64,000 nucleotides of DNA from Saccharolobus solfataricus P2 (GCF_000007005.1 NC_002754.1), one strand, 5' to 3'. Positions 43,760 to 53,850 are shown, numbered from the stretch's first letter. A program made the numbers and translations. Notes: generated from the sequence alone by a model not told the origin.

Positions 43760-45016
43760 ATGAGCAAGAAAGTAGATGAGTTGATAAAAGAGGATCAAGA
43801 ATATTTGATGCAATCCTTTAGGAGATGGTATCCATTTGTAATAGATCACGGTTTTGGGGCAATAGTTTACGATATTGAAGGAAACGAGTACATTGATTTT
43901 AACGCGGGAATAGGAGTAGTTGCATTAGGCCACAAAAACGAGAAGATCATTAATGCAGTAAAGGAGCAAATGGACAAGTTTTTCCATTATAGTCTTACAG
44001 ATTTCTACTATGAAGTTGCGATAGAAGTAGCGAAAAGATTATCCTCCTTAATGCCATTCTCAGCTAAGGTATTTTATGCTAACAGTGGTACTGAGAGTGT
44101 TGAAGCAGCAATAAAGATAGCTAGAGGGCATACAGGGAGACAATGGATTATAGGTTTCATTAATTCCTTTCATGGAAGAACCTTAGGCTCCTTAGCCTTT
44201 ACCTCAAGTAAAGCTATCCAAAGGAAATCGTTCTCTCCCCTTTTACCATCAACATATTTAATCCCATATCCAGATAGGAGAGACCCACTATGTAAAGAAG
44301 AGTGTACTGAAGAGTTGTTAGGATTTATAGAAGACTGGGTTTTCAAGAAGGTAGTCGATCCCAATGAAGTAGCTGCTTTTATTGCTGAGCCAATACAAGG
44401 AGAAGGTGGGGTTATAGTACCTCCTAAGGATTTCTTTTATAAATTGAATAATTTACTTAAGAAATTTGGAATCTTACTTATCCTTGATGAAGTACAGACT
44501 GGAATCGGAAGAACTGGGAAAATGTTCGCATTTGAGCATTTCAATGTAACGCCAGATTTAGTATGTTTAGCTAAGGCATTAGGTGGAGGACTTCCACTGG
44601 GTGCAGTTGTTGGAAGAAAGGAGATTATGGATTTGCCTCCGGGTTCTCATGCTAACACTTTTGGGGGAAATCCATTAGCATTGGCTGCAGCGAATGTTAT
44701 TTTAGAAGAGGTTCCGAAGCTATTAGACCATGTAAGCAGTATAGGCAAGAAAATTATCGAGGAACTAACAGATACTAGATCACCTTACTTATATGATGTC
44801 AGAGGATTAGGTCTTCTCATAGGTGCTGAGTTAAGAAAAAATGATAAACCATTTGTAGAAGGTCTAGAAAAAGTATTATATAATTCTTTCAGAAGAGGAG
44901 TATTGGCAATAGGAGCTGGAGAATCGGTAGTTAGAATAGAACCTCCGCTAATAATAAGTGAAGAGTTGGCCATGAAAGGTACTAAAATATTAAAGGAAGA
45001 AATAGAAAAACTTTAA
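43760..45016 (+). CDS. Class III PLP aminotransferase (GabT/ArgD-like)
   Basis: SGTESVE, FHGRT, EPIQGEGG, DEVQTG.GRTG, AKALGGG, HANTFGGNP. Confidence 0.92.
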   Translation: MSKKVDELIKEDQEYLMQSFRRWYPFVIDHGFGAIVYDIEGNEYIDFNAGIGVVALGHKNEKIINAVKEQMDKFFHYSLTDFYYEVAIEVAKRLSSLMPFSAKVFYANSGTESVEAAIKIARGHTGRQWIIGFINSFHGRTLGSLAFTSSKAIQRKSFSPLLPSTYLIPYPDRRDPLCKEECTEELLGFIEDWVFKKVVDPNEVAAFIAEPIQGEGGVIVPPKDFFYKLNNLLKKFGILLILDEVQTGIGRTGKMFAFEHFNVTPDLVCLAKALGGGLPLGAVVGRKEIMDLPPGSHANTFGGNPLALAAANVILEEVPKLLDHVSSIGKKIIEELTDTRSPYLYDVRGLGLLIGAELRKNDKPFVEGLEKVLYNSFRRGVLAIGAGESVVRIEPPLIISEELAMKGTKILKEEIEKL

Positions 45017-45405
45017 CTTTTCTTTTCTACAAAGATTAGTATTAACGATAATACTATTAGGATGACATCGAGAGCTAAGGAGATATCTACATAATAATTA
45101 AATGGAAGTTTCTTTCCTACAAGTAATGCTGGTCCTAATCTGGTCTCACTAAGCAATGTTAAGTCTATGGCATAGAATGCAGTAATTAACGGATAGCTAT
45201 ACTTTATTCCTTGAATAGCTAAGACCGCAGCTATTATAGCTAATGCTGACGTAAACCCGAAGAACGTATCGTAAACCATCGTTGCAGTTGGATTAGGTAG
45301 TACTGCGTGTGTTAGTACCATGTGAACTCCAGCCCACAATGCAGATGACATTGCCGTTATCCATCTTAATATCAACCTTGCAATTCCGACTTCTTTTTCA
45401 GCCAT
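45013..45405 (-). CDS. Small four-TM membrane protein
   Basis: Probable ATG at 45405; hydrophobic helices, one containing WAGVH. Confidence 0.7.
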   Translation of the reverse strand: MAEKEVGIARLILRWITAMSSALWAGVHMVLTHAVLPNPTATMVYDTFFGFTSALAIIAAVLAIQGIKYSYPLITAFYAIDLTLLSETRLGPALLVGKKLPFNYYVDISLALDVILIVLSLILIFVEKKS

Positions 45406-45530
45406 GAGTACATTTTTCCGCAATAATATAAATAGAATTTTTCCCAAATCGATTATTGTTTTGAAACATATCAGACATTAATCAAACCCCTAAAAGAGAT
45501 TTTTAAGGTATGAAATCACTTATGTAAATA

Positions 45531-46316
45531 ATGATAGTAACTTACCTTTCGGCACTTGAGACAATATTGGCTGGAACAACGATAGTTTTTGGTGGAATAG
45601 TAGAAGGTTATGGATATGGTTTATCGCTAGGAACTAATTGGCCCTATACTAATGATATCATGCAACTGGCTGCTAAAAAAGATCCCGAGGCAATACACAG
45701 AATTTTAGCTACACTAGTTGGAATCTTTTCTCTAGTCATATTAATAATTCATCCTACCCTTATATCAATAATTGGGTTTGTGTCCGTAGTTTTCACAGCA
45801 CTTTTAGGTATGGCGACACTATACGTACTAGCTGGAAAATTACCTTCAGTATTCCAAGGCTTGCATGATATAGCAGCTTATACAACTTTCGTCTCTTACT
45901 TCCTCATTATGTTACAAGGATTAGGAATATTTAAGATAGATATAGTGTCATTTCTGATTAGCGCAATAGTTCCTCCACACTTTTTATACTTCGTCATCTT
46001 TATGGGAGGTGTAGTAACTGGAACTAGAAGAATGAAATTAAAGATAGGTAGGCCATGGGAAAGAGATAAGGAGAGAAATTCGTGGCTGCAAGCTGCTTGG
46101 ACAATTCACGGTATAGTAGCCCTAATCTTTATAATTGCTGTTGTTCTCCTACATTACTGGTTAACATTAATTTTCACAGCTTTAGAAATAATTGTCGGAT
46201 TATGGGTATGGGATTCCAGCAACAGAAATCCGTTAAAACCAGGTATGTCCATTGGATTGCATCAACTATTCTCAATCCTTGTCGTAGTAGCAATAATATT
46301 GAATAGTATCAGTTGA
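45531..46316 (+). CDS. COX15/CtaA heme A synthase-like membrane protein, cysteine-free
   Basis: GLSLGTNWP and EAIHRILA..VG match the CtaA G.GC.DWP and E..HR motifs; additional TM His residues (HDIAA, HFLYF, IHG, HQL). Confidence 0.7.
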   Translation: MIVTYLSALETILAGTTIVFGGIVEGYGYGLSLGTNWPYTNDIMQLAAKKDPEAIHRILATLVGIFSLVILIIHPTLISIIGFVSVVFTALLGMATLYVLAGKLPSVFQGLHDIAAYTTFVSYFLIMLQGLGIFKIDIVSFLISAIVPPHFLYFVIFMGGVVTGTRRMKLKIGRPWERDKERNSWLQAAWTIHGIVALIFIIAVVLLHYWLTLIFTALEIIVGLWVWDSSNRNPLKPGMSIGLHQLFSILVVVAIILNSIS

Positions 46317-46331
46317 GGTGCATTAATTCAC

Positions 46332-48644
46332 CTAATCATATTGTTGTGAATTCATCACATCCTTTAACGTTAAACCTACCTTACTATCAGCGGTTAAGTT
46401 ATAATATTTTTTCATTAACTTTGATATAGCAGAATATATTAATTCGTATATATGTGTTCTATTACTACTAAGCACAGTAGATACATAACTCCATGGCTTA
46501 CCTTGAAGAACTTTAGCTATTAATACTAATTCCTCATCCTGAGTCAAACTCCAATCTCTTTCTCCATCCCAGAAATACTTTAGCGTTAACATGTGTATTC
46601 CATCAGCTGAGGATTCATATGGACTTACGCCTTGAAGAAATGATATGGTTTTGTCTAATATTATTGGACTTACATTAATGGTTTTACTAACTATCTTAGT
46701 GCTTGTCAACATTAGCCTAACTACTTCAGGGTTCATATTAAAGTATACGTCGTGTAAAGTATTAAGAAGTTTCTCTTTTAACATATATGCGGATATTTTT
46801 ACAATTTTTGTTGCAATATCACTTATAGGTCTAATAACAACAACTGGATAGTCGCCTAATTTTTCATTTTTCTTTGGTGATATATGAACTGGAATAAAGC
46901 CGTTCTTTATCCAGAAATTTAAAACTTTTTGATCAGACATAAAAGAAGAACCAACCCAGTCCACTCCTTTATCCCTAGCCTCTTCGTATATCATTTTCAA
47001 TAGCTCACTACCAAATCCCTTATCTTGAAGTTCTGGAGCCACTGCAATTCTAACTATCCTCCACCCACGTAGCTTAGCAAAGTCCTTAATCCTAACGTGC
47101 TTTATAATTCTGTCCGGTATTAGATCACCATCAAACGTACCACCTTTTAAGGCAATATCTACCATATTATCAGAAAGTTCACCCTCTTCGGCTATTTGAC
47201 AAGCGGCAATGTACGAATTCTCCCCAATACGTATGGCCTTTATCTTATGATGAATACCATCTAACATAATCATTAAATCATCTGGATTATTTTTGTAGTG
47301 GGCTGTTACCATTATTCCATAAATAGCTCTCAGTCTGTTATCATCATTAGCCAGTTCAGATTTATCCACATCTTCGTAAATCATAGTATCATTAAGATAC
47401 TGTGGCTCTGAAGGTTCTGCGTCAAGCAACAACGCATCATAGAGCCATTTTTCTATAGGGTCTCCCTTCGCATATCTTAAAGGTTGTTCCATATTTACCC
47501 ATTTGACCCTAATCCTTTTACTTTCAATTAGTCTTCTTAAATATCTAAGAAATGCCTTATTAGAACCTTCATATCCATGTACCGTAGTTACTAGTGCTAC
47601 CTTTTTCCATGCCCTCAATGCTAAGTCTATGTAATTAATACCCAAGGCTGCGGCCTCGTCTATGATTAAAAGTTCACCCTCATCTTCTATGGCAGCATCA
47701 GGCGGAACATACTCCAACTTGAAATAGTCGCCTCTTAAACTCTTTATATGTCCAGTATCACTAACTTTTACCGAAAGTTCCTCGCCTAAAGCTTCTAAAC
47801 CTAATTTTGCGAAAGACATTACTTGAGATGCACTGGCTATTGAGGGTGCAGTAACTATTATTCTAATACTCTTCTCTTTTCTTTCCCTAAGTTTCTCTAT
47901 TAACCCCGCTATAGATAGTCCGGTAGCTGCGCTTTTTCCTCTACCCCTAGCAGCTGTTAAAACTAAGGCTCTTTGTCCTCCACTTAATAGATAAGTGAAA
48001 CTCTCTATAACTCTGTTTTGATCCTCACTTAGCGATAATTCATGAATTTCTTTTGGCATTAATGGGTTTCTTGGGACTTTCTTCTCTGCCTTTGGCATTG
48101 TGTTACCAGAAAACGGCTTAGGAATATACTCGTTAACGTCAATGATAAATATCCCTTCATGCTCATACAATTTTCTTTTAAACCTTTTCTCATATTCATC
48201 TAAAATTAAACCATTCCTCATTATTGAAGTTCTAAAAGTCTTATCCTTAATTAGATTATTTGTATAAATTATTATCAAACCCCCACCTCTAGCTAGATCA
48301 ACGAGTCTACCTATATTAATTGGTTGAAAATTATCTACAGTGTCCAATATGACTAAATCATAAGTGTTACCTAAGTAGTATTCAGCATTGGCGTAATCAA
48401 TATCGTCAAATTTGGAGAAATATTCTTTTATAGTTCTCATTCTCTCTTTAGAACCACTTGCCCAAGGTACGAAACCATACGCTACTGAAGGATTTGATTT
48501 GAAGTTAAGAAATAGACTTATAATTTCCTTAACGTGATCAAAGTAGTCATCCCTCTCTATGTAAATCAAGTTCCTATAATATCTAGTATTACCATCCTCT
48601 AATGCCTTTCTTATTTGATCATAAAACTGCTCTTTATTTACCAT
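46332..48644 (-). CDS. tmcA: TmcA/Nat10 RNA cytidine (ac4C) acetyltransferase
   Basis: TAARGRGKSA, IDEAA, TTVHGYEGS, HYKNNPDDL, RIVRIAV...QDKGFG. Confidence 0.93.
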   Translation of the reverse strand: MVNKEQFYDQIRKALEDGNTRYYRNLIYIERDDYFDHVKEIISLFLNFKSNPSVAYGFVPWASGSKERMRTIKEYFSKFDDIDYANAEYYLGNTYDLVILDTVDNFQPINIGRLVDLARGGGLIIIYTNNLIKDKTFRTSIMRNGLILDEYEKRFKRKLYEHEGIFIIDVNEYIPKPFSGNTMPKAEKKVPRNPLMPKEIHELSLSEDQNRVIESFTYLLSGGQRALVLTAARGRGKSAATGLSIAGLIEKLRERKEKSIRIIVTAPSIASASQVMSFAKLGLEALGEELSVKVSDTGHIKSLRGDYFKLEYVPPDAAIEDEGELLIIDEAAALGINYIDLALRAWKKVALVTTVHGYEGSNKAFLRYLRRLIESKRIRVKWVNMEQPLRYAKGDPIEKWLYDALLLDAEPSEPQYLNDTMIYEDVDKSELANDDNRLRAIYGIMVTAHYKNNPDDLMIMLDGIHHKIKAIRIGENSYIAACQIAEEGELSDNMVDIALKGGTFDGDLIPDRIIKHVRIKDFAKLRGWRIVRIAVAPELQDKGFGSELLKMIYEEARDKGVDWVGSSFMSDQKVLNFWIKNGFIPVHISPKKNEKLGDYPVVVIRPISDIATKIVKISAYMLKEKLLNTLHDVYFNMNPEVVRLMLTSTKIVSKTINVSPIILDKTISFLQGVSPYESSADGIHMLTLKYFWDGERDWSLTQDEELVLIAKVLQGKPWSYVSTVLSSNRTHIYELIYSAISKLMKKYYNLTADSKVGLTLKDVMNSQQYD

Positions 48645-48647
48645 TGC

Positions 48648-48899
48648 TTACAATTTATACTTCTTCTTTAAAGCTTCTTCTATATCTATACCTTCTAAGT
48701 TAGCTATGGATACTGTCCAAGCTATGACATCCGCCAATTCCTCTTGGATAGAATCTAAATTATTGGAAAGAAGTGCTTCAGCTAACTCTCCTACTTCTTC
48801 TACTAGCCAAGTAAATGTAGCATAAATACCCCTTTGCGAGTCTTTCTCGAAATACATTTCCTTCATTTTTGACTGTAGTTCCTTAAGTTCCAAGTCCAA
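48648..48899 (-). CDS. MazG-like nucleoside triphosphate pyrophosphohydrolase
   Basis: EEVGELAEA...EELADV motif. Confidence 0.9.
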   Translation of the reverse strand: MDLELKELQSKMKEMYFEKDSQRGIYATFTWLVEEVGELAEALLSNNLDSIQEELADVIAWTVSIANLEGIDIEEALKKKYKL

Positions 48900-49272
48900 T
48901 TTCCCTCCGCATCACTCTTATCTCGTTATCAGAAAAAGTTATCCTTAGCTTAATTTCCACATTAAAGCTATGATTAACGAAATATATGTCAATCCATTTC
49001 TTCTGTGAAACATTTTCAACAAATTTAGCATCTACTCCATATTCAACGGTTAATGGATTTGAAGGGTCGTCCATGATTATATGTCTAAAAATTACCTCTC
49101 TACCTTCCCTATCTATTTCAAATAGTACTTCGACGTTCGCATTTTTAGGATAGTCTTCACTCATACATACTACTGAATCATTACAGCACGTTAGACATAG
49201 GCCATCACTTAGATTATTCCTAACTTCTGCCGGAAATTCCATGATAGTGATAAATATTTTATGCTCAACCAA
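48883..49272 (-). CDS. Hypothetical protein
   Basis: Overlaps the MazG start; contains CLTCC; start uncertain (TTG 49272 or ATG 49242). Confidence 0.65.
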   Translation of the reverse strand: MVEHKIFITIMEFPAEVRNNLSDGLCLTCCNDSVVCMSEDYPKNANVEVLFEIDREGREVIFRHIIMDDPSNPLTVEYGVDAKFVENVSQKKWIDIYFVNHSFNVEIKLRITFSDNEIRVMRREIGLGT

Positions 49273-49285
49273 CTATTAAATAATT

Positions 49286-50722
49286 ATGCCTTCAGCAGTA
49301 GGTAAAAAAGTTGTCACAACGCAAAATTACATAGCAAGTTACGTTGGAGCTAAGGTTTTAGAAGAAGGGGGAAATGCGTTTGACGCTGCTATCGCAATAA
49401 GTGCTACCTTATCTGTAGTGATACCGCATACCAGTGGCCTTGGAGGTGATGGATTTCTATTAGCGAAAACACCGGAGGGTTTAATTGCTTATAATGCATC
49501 TGGCTGGGCTCCTAAGGAGTTGAAAGTAGACAAAATAAACAGTGATAGAGGTCCGCTTACTGTGGTTGTCCCTGGGTTAGTAGATCTATGGGAATTCATT
49601 TATGAAAACTACGCCTCAAAATCACTACATGAATTGCTTATTCCTGCGATTTCATTAGCGACCAATGGGTTTATGGTGGGAAGAGGATTACACCACGCAA
49701 TAATAAGTTCGTTTAAATTATCTGATGATTGGAATAGGGTTTATGGAAGCAAAAGATTTGGTGATGAAATAAAGCTCAGGGGAATTGCTAAGGTCTTGAA
49801 GGAGATTTCAAAAGACCCTAGAAGTTTCTATGAAGGAAAGATCGCAGAGGAGTTAACCAAAGGATTAAGAGAAAGGGGAGTACCAGTGAGTTATGAAGAT
49901 TTTAGTGAATTTCACGGTGAGATTATAAATCCAATAAAAATGAAGTATAAGGATTTTATGCTATATGAGTTACCACCAAATACACAAGGACTTACTACAC
50001 TAGAATTACTTAAAATGATTGAAGTAACTGAAATAAACAAATTGCCCTTCAACGACGTGAGGAGAGTAAATGATCACGTGCGATTAAGTGCACTAGCTTA
50101 TGCTGATAGAAATAACTATATAGCTGATCCAAGATTTGTAAACGTGCCCGTAGAAATGTTATTATCGGAGAAGTATATTGCAAATAAGATAGCTGAATAT
50201 GGATTCGAGGTAAAAGTAAACGTTACTGGAGATACAACGTTTTTCGCTGTTGCTGATGGCGAAAATGAAATTGGATTTATACAAAGTCTATTTTATCCCT
50301 TTGGCTCTGGGATAGTGGTAAACGATATACCGTTTAACAATAGAGGTGCAGGATTTTCTGAAGGAAATAATAAACCAGAACCTAGGAAGAGACCCTTACA
50401 CACACTTTCTATACTAATGGCCGAGAAGGACGATGAGAGAATCTTTATAGGTTGTGCTGGTGGAGATCTGAGACCACAAATCCATGCTGAAGTATTTGAG
50501 TATTATGCCGATTATAACATGGAAATTGATGAAGCAGTTCAAGCTCCTAGGTTCATGTATTTGGGAAATAAGGTTATTGCCGAAAAGAGACTCGGTGTAC
50601 CTGCTACACAAACAGACTATTATTCGCCTGAGGTGGGAATAGTGCAAGCCCTAAAGTATAAGAAAGGAAGATATATCGGAGTTGCTGACATTAGAAGTGA
50701 AGGCATAGTATTACCTATTTAG
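49286..50722 (+). CDS. ggt: Gamma-glutamyltranspeptidase
   Basis: GGNAFDAA, SGLGGDGF, PPNTQG, autocleavage GDTTF, RKRPLHTLS, GG..RPQ. Confidence 0.92.
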   Translation: MPSAVGKKVVTTQNYIASYVGAKVLEEGGNAFDAAIAISATLSVVIPHTSGLGGDGFLLAKTPEGLIAYNASGWAPKELKVDKINSDRGPLTVVVPGLVDLWEFIYENYASKSLHELLIPAISLATNGFMVGRGLHHAIISSFKLSDDWNRVYGSKRFGDEIKLRGIAKVLKEISKDPRSFYEGKIAEELTKGLRERGVPVSYEDFSEFHGEIINPIKMKYKDFMLYELPPNTQGLTTLELLKMIEVTEINKLPFNDVRRVNDHVRLSALAYADRNNYIADPRFVNVPVEMLLSEKYIANKIAEYGFEVKVNVTGDTTFFAVADGENEIGFIQSLFYPFGSGIVVNDIPFNNRGAGFSEGNNKPEPRKRPLHTLSILMAEKDDERIFIGCAGGDLRPQIHAEVFEYYADYNMEIDEAVQAPRFMYLGNKVIAEKRLGVPATQTDYYSPEVGIVQALKYKKGRYIGVADIRSEGIVLPI

Positions 50723-50928
50723 TTATTTTCCTTTGGATCTGCTTTGTTGATCCAACTGGATATCTTTTCACAGAACTGAACTACTATTTTCCTTCAATTA
50801 ATATTCAAGGTGTACAATTTTGGCCTGTAATGCCTATTAACTCTCTGTGAAAACTCAACAGGTCCACAAAGTACCTTGGATTATGAAGTCTGTGAGCTAC
50901 CCCCTCATAAATGAGGGAGCTTCCTGCT

Positions 50929-52186
50929 TCACAGCCCCACCTTGCCAGAGTACTGGTAGAGGGCGGAGCTCCACACTAAGGGTCGCTCCGACCCCGCACC
51001 CTTCAAAATGTTAAGAGAAGCATTATAGTCACGATCTGCAATCCAACCACAGTTGGGACAAACGAAAACACGATCAGATAGAGACAAGTCATTTTTCACA
51101 TACCCGCACCTAGCACAAGTTTTGGAAGTGTATGCAGGATTAACTAGGATGAGTTTCTTTCCGTATTTTTCCAGCTGATACTTCAGCACATCCCTCAACT
51201 CACCAAATCCCACATCACTCAGCCTCCTCCTCAGAGACCTCAAGGACTTACCCACAAGTTGTTTAGCGTGAATACCCTCCATCACCACAACGTCATAATG
51301 CTCAGCAAACCACTTACCCAACTTCATGTAAAGATCCGTTCTTAGATTCTTCAAATACTCATAAGCCCTAGCAAGCTTAACCTTAGCCTTAAACCAATTA
51401 TTAGAGAGGAACTTCTTCCTTGAAAGCTCCCTATGAAGATGCTTCACTTTCCATAAAGCTTTCTCGTAAGGTCTCAAATTAGGAAAATACTCACCATCTG
51501 ACGTTACTAACAACTTTTCTACACCAACATCTATCGCCACTACCTTACCAGTGTTAGGTAACTTGGGGAATTCGTGATCAACTACGAAAGTGATGTATAT
51601 CCTCTCAGATCTTGTTAGCTTCACTACCACCCTCTTTACTTTGTCAAGGGGAAAGTCTCGGTGAACTATTACCTTGAACGTACCAAGATTTGATAGTTTA
51701 AGCGTTATTAGTTTCTTCTTGCTTCCTTTTCTTATTTCTCTAACGTTAGTGCTTTCAGAAAGTTTATGGCTTTAGGCAAAGGATATACCACTAAATCATA
51801 GTCTAAGAACTTTTCCAAAATACTAGTGAAGTATTTTCCAACCGCTTTGCGTATAGACAAGGGAGTAGTATTTATGAGGTTTCTTTTCTTTTGGGAAACG
51901 TGCTAAACCTTCAAAAAAACCTCTGTCTAGCTTCGTAGTAACGGTCAGCTATTTGTTGAACTACTTGCGAGTAGAGTTGCTTATACTCATCATCTTGTTT
52001 TCTCAGATCTAGAGCCAACTGTCTTAACTCAGTCTGCGTAAGTCCTTTCCCATCCCTTTGGTAAAAGTATATGTCTGCCCACCTTAAGGTGTTGTAGATT
52101 TTGCACGCTAACTTCAACTGGGCTTTTAACGCCCTAAGGGTTTGTTCGTCAGTGTATGCACGGAAGCGAAACCCTAAGGTGGGTAT
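50929..52186 (-). pseudogene. tnpB: TnpB pseudogene
   Basis: Start codon reads ATA (52184-86), extra T in a poly-T near 51915, and an 81 bp insertion. The C-terminal half is intact, with IDVG, MEG, CARC/CPNC, DRDYNAS. Confidence 0.88.
51747..51825. mobile_element. 79 bp MITE (SM1-like) nested in tnpB
   Basis: Imperfect 18 bp terminal IRs (13/18), flanked by GT direct repeats; removing it restores ...GWKILH-VREIRKG... Confidence 0.8.
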
Positions 52187-52369
52187 TGATGTGTATTTTG
52201 TTATTTTCCTATTTTTAACTTTTCTACAAAGGGATTCATCTCAAAGAGGCGAAGTTTTCCGCCCCCTTTGAACCCCCGTCTGTTATAAACATAATACGCA
52301 ATCATAGGTCAGATTGACTACAGATGATAGCTTATATGGCTGAAATGTAGTATAAAAATACCTAAGACG

Positions 52370-52570
52370 TACTGGTGTTTACCCGTGGCGTAACTTCTGC
52401 TTACTTTTAACCACTTCTAATTCCGCCACGGGCACCCCTCTTGAGGGCTCATACACACTCACCCTCAACTCATTGGGGCTAGTCGAGGGAAACACCACTA
52501 CCCTCCCATCCGTATTTGTCGCCCCCAATACCTCGTGAGCATAGCCCGTCATCAGTATGGAGTTCATCAA
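52370..52570 (-). ncRNA. Candidate structured RNA or orphan tnpB-tail (omegaRNA-like) locus
   Basis: GC-rich island; begins TTGATGA-N8-CTGA; perfect 9 bp IR at 52382-90/52424-32; TATA-like TTTATATA at 52599-92. Confidence 0.45.
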
Positions 52571-52937
52571 TTTATAATGTAGAGGAAATAATATATAAAC
52601 ATAATCATAATAAAGATCATATTGTGAAATGATTAAAAGTATTTAAAAGTTATGCAAATGTGTTACAGTCTCCAACATTTGGAATCTTATTGGTTAAGAT
52701 TGCCCATAGAGCGGGGAATATTTAGTAGATCATAATGAAGCCTAGGAATACTATATACAAGCCAAGAAGTTGACACTAATTCATGAAAATTCAGTAAAGA
52801 TAAAGAGCATAACAAGTATGGGCAAATAAGACTAATGGCGCTAATGGAAAATTCTAACTTCTCACGCAAGAGTCTTAGGAATCTTCAAGCTAACTATATA
52901 TTATATTATACAAAATTTTATTTTTACTATTTCTATT

Positions 52938-53834
52938 CTACCAATTTAGTACACTGGAATCGCACTCTGAGTATTTAAAGGCTAGTAGTAGAGCACCTTG
53001 TTCTGGCTCATGTTCTGCAATTACCCCTTTTATATTATTATTATCTAAATAATTTCTAAAGAAATTATAATATACTGAAGAATTAAACATTCCGCCTTTT
53101 AGGAATATTTTATCAACACCTATTTTTACTGCCAGCTGAACAGCATAACTAGCGAGCTCAAAGGCTGCGTTTTTCAATATATCTAAGGCTATCCAATCCC
53201 CTTCATTAGCCGCTTCATCTACTATTTTTGCTAATGATGCGATATCCTTAACCTTATGACCCTCATGATAAGCCCACTTTATTAAATCATCAACATCATT
53301 TATATTCAAATTCTTCATTATCTTATCTGCAATTATTGTTTTGTTTATCCTGCCATCTAACATCTTTCCAAAAGCTCTCAGTGCTTCTCTTCCTATCCAA
53401 TAAGCTGAACCTTCATCAGCTATTAACCATCCTAAGCCTCCAAACCTAACCCTCCTATTACCATCATAGCCAACTATAACACTCCCAGTACCTGCTATAA
53501 CTATAACTCCAGGGTTTCCTCTAGTTTCTGCATAAAGAGCGACAAAACCATCGTGATCGACATAAACGTTTTTTGCAATAGATCTCAATGCTTCTGCCAT
53601 TATGTTGTAATCATATCTAGAATCTACCCCAGCCAAACCTACATAAGCTACATCTGGTTTCATACCTTTTGTGGCTAATAAAATCGCTCTGTTAACGTTT
53701 TTTACAGCCTCTTCAACACCTACATTATGGAAATTCGCAGGTCCAGCTAAACCCTTGCCTAAGAAGGATCCGCTACAAGTATAAGCTATAGCACTTGTTT
53801 TACTTCCTCCCCCATCCACTCCGACAAGTATCAT
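52938..53834 (-). CDS. BadF/BadG/BcrA/BcrD-type ATP-dependent hexokinase/GlcNAc kinase
   Basis: GVDGGGSKT, GPANFHNVG, HDG, IAGTGS, GGLGWLIADEGSAYWIG; resembles the Sulfurisphaera tokodaii broad-specificity hexokinase (recall). Confidence 0.88.
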   Translation of the reverse strand: MILVGVDGGGSKTSAIAYTCSGSFLGKGLAGPANFHNVGVEEAVKNVNRAILLATKGMKPDVAYVGLAGVDSRYDYNIMAEALRSIAKNVYVDHDGFVALYAETRGNPGVIVIAGTGSVIVGYDGNRRVRFGGLGWLIADEGSAYWIGREALRAFGKMLDGRINKTIIADKIMKNLNINDVDDLIKWAYHEGHKVKDIASLAKIVDEAANEGDWIALDILKNAAFELASYAVQLAVKIGVDKIFLKGGMFNSSVYYNFFRNYLDNNNIKGVIAEHEPEQGALLLAFKYSECDSSVLNW

Positions 53835-53850
53835 GAAATATATTATGTTG

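Larger units (their letters stand above)
50892..52282 (-). mobile_element. IS200/IS605-family tnpB-only element (ISC1316-like), inactivated
   Basis: Right end ...TCAC at 50892 with hairpin 50902-50917; left-end hairpin about 52242-52270; minus-strand flank TTATAA. About 1.31 kb without the MITE. Confidence 0.85.

Noticed and set aside
50725-50891. Protein-like fragments beside the IS right end
   Set aside because: Short, interrupted by stops and not assignable to any family.
52325-52375. GATGATAG...CTGA as a second C/D guide RNA
   Set aside because: The C' and D boxes are degenerate and I recognised no target.
52600-52930. 60 aa ORF 52687..52869
   Set aside because: Unconvincing. Another frame gives stop-riddled hydrophobic fragments (FPALWAILTNKIP), at most a transporter remnant and too weak to call.
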